A stretch of 32,000 bases of DNA, from contig NZ_JAHDSX010000025.1 of NCBI RefSeq assembly GCF_020969955.1, forward strand, positions 2,883 through 34,882. Reading direction: 5' to 3'. Each line of letters opens with the position of its first letter. Position 1 is the first letter of the stretch. The position numbers and the translations under genes were made by a program. This DNA is from Allobaculum fili (GTDB lineage Bacteria > Bacillota_I > Bacilli_A > Erysipelotrichales > Erysipelotrichaceae). Of the stretch, positions 23,537 through 32,000 are shown in pieces. Under the pieces are notes generated by a model, which saw only the letters and a list, made by a program, of their open reading frames with translations, made no database searches and was not told where the DNA came from.

Positions 23537-26500
23537 ATGGACAGCAATAAACCATACCAAATCGTTCCGGAAGGAAAAAAAGCATTCCGTCGGGACTATT
23601 CCAAAGTATCCGGCAAGCTCGAACTTCCAAACCTCGTAGAAATTCAGACCAACTCGTTTGAATGGTTCAAAAAATACGGAATCCAGGAAGTATTCGAAGA
23701 AATCTTCCCGATCGAGAACCACGGCAGAAATATCAAACTTAAATACAAAGGCTTCCACTTCGAACCTCCAAAATGTTCCGCGCAGAAAGCCATGGAGCGT
23801 GAGTGCAACTACGCTTCACGCTTAGATGTTGACATGGAACTTGAAATTGTCAATGAGAACGGAGAAGTCATCACCAAGCAGGAAAAAGTCTTCCTTGGCG
23901 ATTTCCCGATGATGACTGAAACCGGTACCTTCATTATCAATGGAGCGGAGCGTGTCATCGTCAGCCAGATCGTTCGTTCTCCAGGCGCCTATTTTTCCGA
24001 AAGCTTTGACAGCAAAACTGGAAAACAGAACTACGCCAGTGAACTCATCCCGAGCCGGGGAACCTGGCTCGAGTTCATGACGGAGCAGAAGAAGAACACC
24101 AACGGACGAGCCATTATGACATCGATCGACAGCAGCCGCAAAATGCTGTCTACCATCTTCTTTAAAGCACTGGGCATGTCCTTCTCCCTGGAAAAAGGAG
24201 ACGACACCCAGGATACGACTGCACTCGATACCTTCATGAAGGCGATCGACAAGCAGGCTAAGGATCCGATTCAGGATGAAACCCATCGCGAATACATGGA
24301 TCAGTATCTGATGCTGTTCAACGGTTTCTTCGGCAAGTCGGAAGAAATCGAAAACACCCTCCTGGCTGACAAAGTCATGACCACTGAAGAAGCGCTGCTT
24401 TCCTTCTACGGCAACCAGCGCTCCGACGAAATCCCGACTCTGGACGGATCCATCACGCTGATGCAGAACAAGCTGTTCGATCCGCGCCGCTACGATCTGA
24501 CCAAAGCCGGACGCTACAAACTCGGCAAGAAACTTTCCGCCGTCTCCCGTACGATGAACAACACCCTCGCCCAGGACATCCTGGATGTTAACGGAGACGT
24601 CGTTTACCCCAAAGGCACCCATGTGACCCGCGATATCCGCAACCGTCTGCGTGAAGAACTCGCCAAGGGTACCTACATGAACCCGTTCCCCTTCAAGCCG
24701 GAATTCCTTGAAGCGGACATCGTGACCATTCCGGCCAGCTACCGGACCGGTCTCATCGGCCGTGTCCTGGCCGAAGACATCACCATCGACGAAGAGCTGT
24801 TCGAACGCGGACAGGTTCTTTCTGAAGAAGATGTCGCTAAAATCGTTGAGCACGGCAAGGACGTCAGGATTTACGCCGGTCTGATCGCCAGACCCGTTAT
24901 CCTGAGTGAAGAAAACTTTGATCCGGTTCTCAACTACGGTCAGCGTCTGTACACTCTCGGCCGTCTGACCAACGCAAAAGGTCAGGATCTCGTCAACTCC
25001 GATCTCGACCTCATTGCCGGCCGCTATGAAATCGGCGTTACCCCAGAACGCTTAAGTGATGCCGCCGTCTTCGATCTGAAGACCCGCATGAACGACGAAA
25101 CCGTCACCGCCTGGCTGATCGGTGCCGCCGTACAGGAATTCGACATTGAAGACAAGAACGGCGTTCGCCGTCACATTATCGGCAACGACCCGTTTGCTCA
25201 GATTCACACGATCACCATTCCGGATATTTATGCCTTCTTCGACTACAACCTGAGCGTTATGGAAGGCATCGGCGAAACCGACGACATCGATATGCTCGGC
25301 AACCGTCGTATCCGTTCCGTCGGCGAACTCATCCAGAACCAGTTCCGTATCGGTCTTTCCCGTATGGAACGCGTGGTTAAGGAAAGAATGTCGATTCAGG
25401 AAGCCAAGAGCATTACCCCGAAGAAGCTGACCAACGTCCGCCCGCTGACCGCTGCCATTAAGGAATTTTTCTCTTCCTCGCAGCTGTCGCAGTTCATGGA
25501 CCAGCAGAACCCGCTGGCTGAGCTGACCAACAAGCGCCGTATTTCCGCGCTGGGCCCAGGCGGTCTGACCCGTGATCGTGCCGGCTTCGAAGTTCGAGAC
25601 GTTCACTCGTCTCACTATGGCCGAATCTGCCCGATTGAGACCCCTGAAGGTCCGAACATCGGTCTGATTTCCAACCTCACTACCTATGCAAAAATCAACG
25701 AGTACGGCTTCATTCAGACTCCGTACCGTGTTGTAAACAAGGATGGAACCGTTTCGGAAGAAGCGCGTTATCTGTCCGCGGATGAAGAAGCGGATTACGT
25801 TATCGCTCAGGCGAACGAAGTGCGCGACGGCCGTCTGATTCACGACCGTGTCGTAGCCCGTAAAGGCGGCGAAACGATTATCGCCGACCGCGCCGATGTC
25901 GAACTCGCCGACGTATCCCCAAAACAGATCGTTTCGGTAGCGACCGCCTGCGTACCGTTCCTCGAAAACGATGACGCATCCCGAGCCCTGATGGGTGCGA
26001 ACATGCAGCGTCAGGCCGTACCTCTGCTTTCTCCGCATTCCCCGTACGTCGGAACCGGTATCGAATACAAGATTGCCAAAGACTCCGGCGTCGGCATCAT
26101 CGCCAAGGAAGACGGCGTAATTACGTATGTCGACTCCCTGCGAATCGTAAACACCGATGCAAACGGCGTGGAACATACGTATCACCTGCGCAAGTTCAGC
26201 CGTTCCAACGCATCGACCTGCATTAACCAGAAACCGATTGTCAAAGTCGGTGAAGAAGTCGAAAAAGGCGACATCCTTGCCGATGGACCGTCCATGGAAA
26301 ACGGCGAGCTGGCTCTGGGTCAGAACGTAACGATCGCGTACATGACCTGGTACGGCTACAACTATGAGGATGCCATCATCATGTCCGAGAGAATGGTCAG
26401 CGACGATGTCTACACGTCCATCCATCTTGAGGAATACGATATCGACTGCCGCGAAACCAAGCTTGGACCGGAAGAAATCACCCGCGACATTCCAAGCGTA

Positions 26501-27780
26501 TCCGAAGCCGCCATTAAGAAGCTGGACGAAAACGGCGTCATCATGGTCGGCAGCGAAGTGCACGAAAACGATATCCTTGTCGGAAAGGTAACCCCGAAAG
26601 GCCAGTCTGAATCTTCTCCGGAAGAAAAGCTGCTCCTGGCGATCTTCGGCGAGAAGTCCCGCGAAGTGCGCGACAACTCCCTGAAAGTACCGCACGGCGG
26701 TGCCGGCATCGTGCATTCCACCAAGGTGTTCAAACGAGGAGAAGAAGGCGTGGATCTGCCGCCTGGAGTTATCAAGCGCGTCAAGGTCTACATTGCTCAG
26801 AAACGTAAGATTTCCGAAGGCGACAAAATGTCCGGCCGTCACGGTAACAAGGGTGTTATTTCCAAGATCCTGCCGATCGAAGACATGCCGTTCATGCAGG
26901 ACGGCCGTCCAATCGACATCATCCTGAACCCGTTCGGCGTACCTTCCCGTATGAACATCGGTCAGATTCTTGAGATTCACCTCGGCTATGCCGCCAAGAA
27001 ACTGAACCAGAAATTTGCGACGTCCGTATTTGACGGTCTTTCCAACGAAGATCTGGCGGATGTCATGAAAGAAGCCCAGATGACTTTCGATGGAAAACAG
27101 GTTCTGTACGACGGTCAGACGGGTCTCCCCTTTGATGAACGTATCTCGGTCGGCGTCATGTACATGATCAAGCTTGCCCACATGGTTGACGACAAGCTGC
27201 ATGCCCGTGCCACCGGTCCGTATTCCACCATCACCCAGCAGCCTCTTGGCGGTAAAGCACAGAACGGCGGCCAGCGTTTCGGTGAGATGGAGGTATGGGC
27301 TCTTGAAGCTTATGGCGCCAGCCATACGCTGCAGGAAATCCTGACCATCAAATCCGACGACATCACCGGCCGTATCCAGACGTACGAAGCCATCACCAAG
27401 GGCCAGGATATCCCGGAACCTGGCGTTCCGGAATCCTTCCGCGTACTGATCAACGAACTTCAGGGTCTTGCCATCGACGTCAAACTGTTCGATGACGACG
27501 GCAACGAAGTTTCTCTGAACGCTTCGAGCGCGAAACCTGGTCAGAAATACGTGGAAGATGACAATGCAAAAATCGACATCATTCAGGATGCTGAAATTGT
27601 CGATGACGGCAAAGCCGATGCAGAAGTCAGCGATTCCCCTCTTGAAAACGATCTCGATCCGAATGCTGTAGCCCAAGCGCTCGAAGGCACGACCTACGCA
27701 GGCGACGATACAGAAGATGTCCAGAGCGAGCTCGACCAGGAGGAAGATGAAACCAAAGAACTGGAGGGCGAACTTCTCGA

Positions 27781-27790
<10 letters not shown>
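23537..27790 (+). CDS. rpoB: DNA-directed RNA polymerase subunit beta (RpoB), enlarged (~1417 aa)
   Basis: Canonical blocks are present: [122 protein letters not shown] and [28 protein letters not shown] favours the ATG at 23537; GTG at 23531 is the ORF-track start. Confidence 0.97.
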
Positions 27791-31722
<3,932 letters not shown>

Positions 31723-31804
31723 GGCAGTCTGTATCGTGTTGTCTTGAATTCTCCATGAAATCATCAGATTTGTATGAAGAATTCCGAAAATAAAACAAAA
31801 CAAG

Positions 31805-31842
31805 AAAGGCCTGGCTGTTTTCGAACAGTCAGGCCTTTTATA
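31805..31842 (+). terminator. intrinsic terminator after rpoC
   Basis: aaaggcctggctgtt (31805-31819) pairs with aacagtcaggccttt (31824-31838) with one mismatch or bulge, followed by TTTTA. The A-rich upstream flank suggests bidirectional use. Confidence 0.75.
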
Positions 31843-32000
31843 CTGGGCACATGTTTTTGGCTGCCCAAATGCCTCGTAAGTGTCAAACAATCGACGGGTA
31901 TACGCGAGACTGAATATTAGATACGCTAAACGGGATCCCTTTCGAGATCCCGCTTGGCGTATTTTTTATTCTTCATCGTTTTCTTCATACTTCGGATCCG

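Noticed and set aside
31966-32000. A possible 3' end of a minus-strand CDS (...DPKYEENDEE-stop) with a weak hairpin at 31931-31952, and a possible 3' end of a plus-strand CDS at 1-42.
   Set aside because: Only 11-13 codons are visible at the window edges, which is too little to support a call.

Overview
This is a chromosomal segment from a Bacillota-type bacterium of about 52% GC. A possible Erysipelotrichia or Mollicutes-relative affinity is a low-confidence guess from RpoB features. Almost all genes are on the + strand. The order is: an ispF-dtd-folD-DUF951-ychF housekeeping operon; a site-2 protease; a ~5.8-kb accessory block (4472-10293); a livJHMGF-type branched-chain amino-acid ABC transporter operon with a co-transcribed CBS/ACT (AcuB-like) gene; a cytoplasmic GH13 alpha-amylase-family enzyme; two minus-strand genes (a SUKH/SMI1-KNR4 immunity-type protein and a lipoprotein); a DUF3783-like protein; trkA-trkH; and enlarged rpoB-rpoC. 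No rRNA, tRNA, CRISPR array, transposase or integrase was seen. The best candidate for an undescribed system is the accessory block. It holds a zinc-ribbon/PH-like membrane protein gene split by one in-frame TAG. After that comes a terminator-bounded three-gene module: a 99-aa protein, a 728-aa protein with an N-terminal HExxHxxQ zincin-like motif and a ~370-aa polyacidic tail built from near-perfect 72-bp tandem repeats, and a VirD4/TraG-type P-loop ATPase with no transmembrane segment. No other conjugation genes are present in the window. Other notable points are Asn at the rifampicin-critical E. coli H526 position of RpoB and genome-wide avoidance of TTA/CTA/TCA codons, which creates very long codon-aligned antisense shadow ORFs. 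Several regulatory hairpins and repeats are also listed. All family assignments come from motif recognition by eye; no searches were run.
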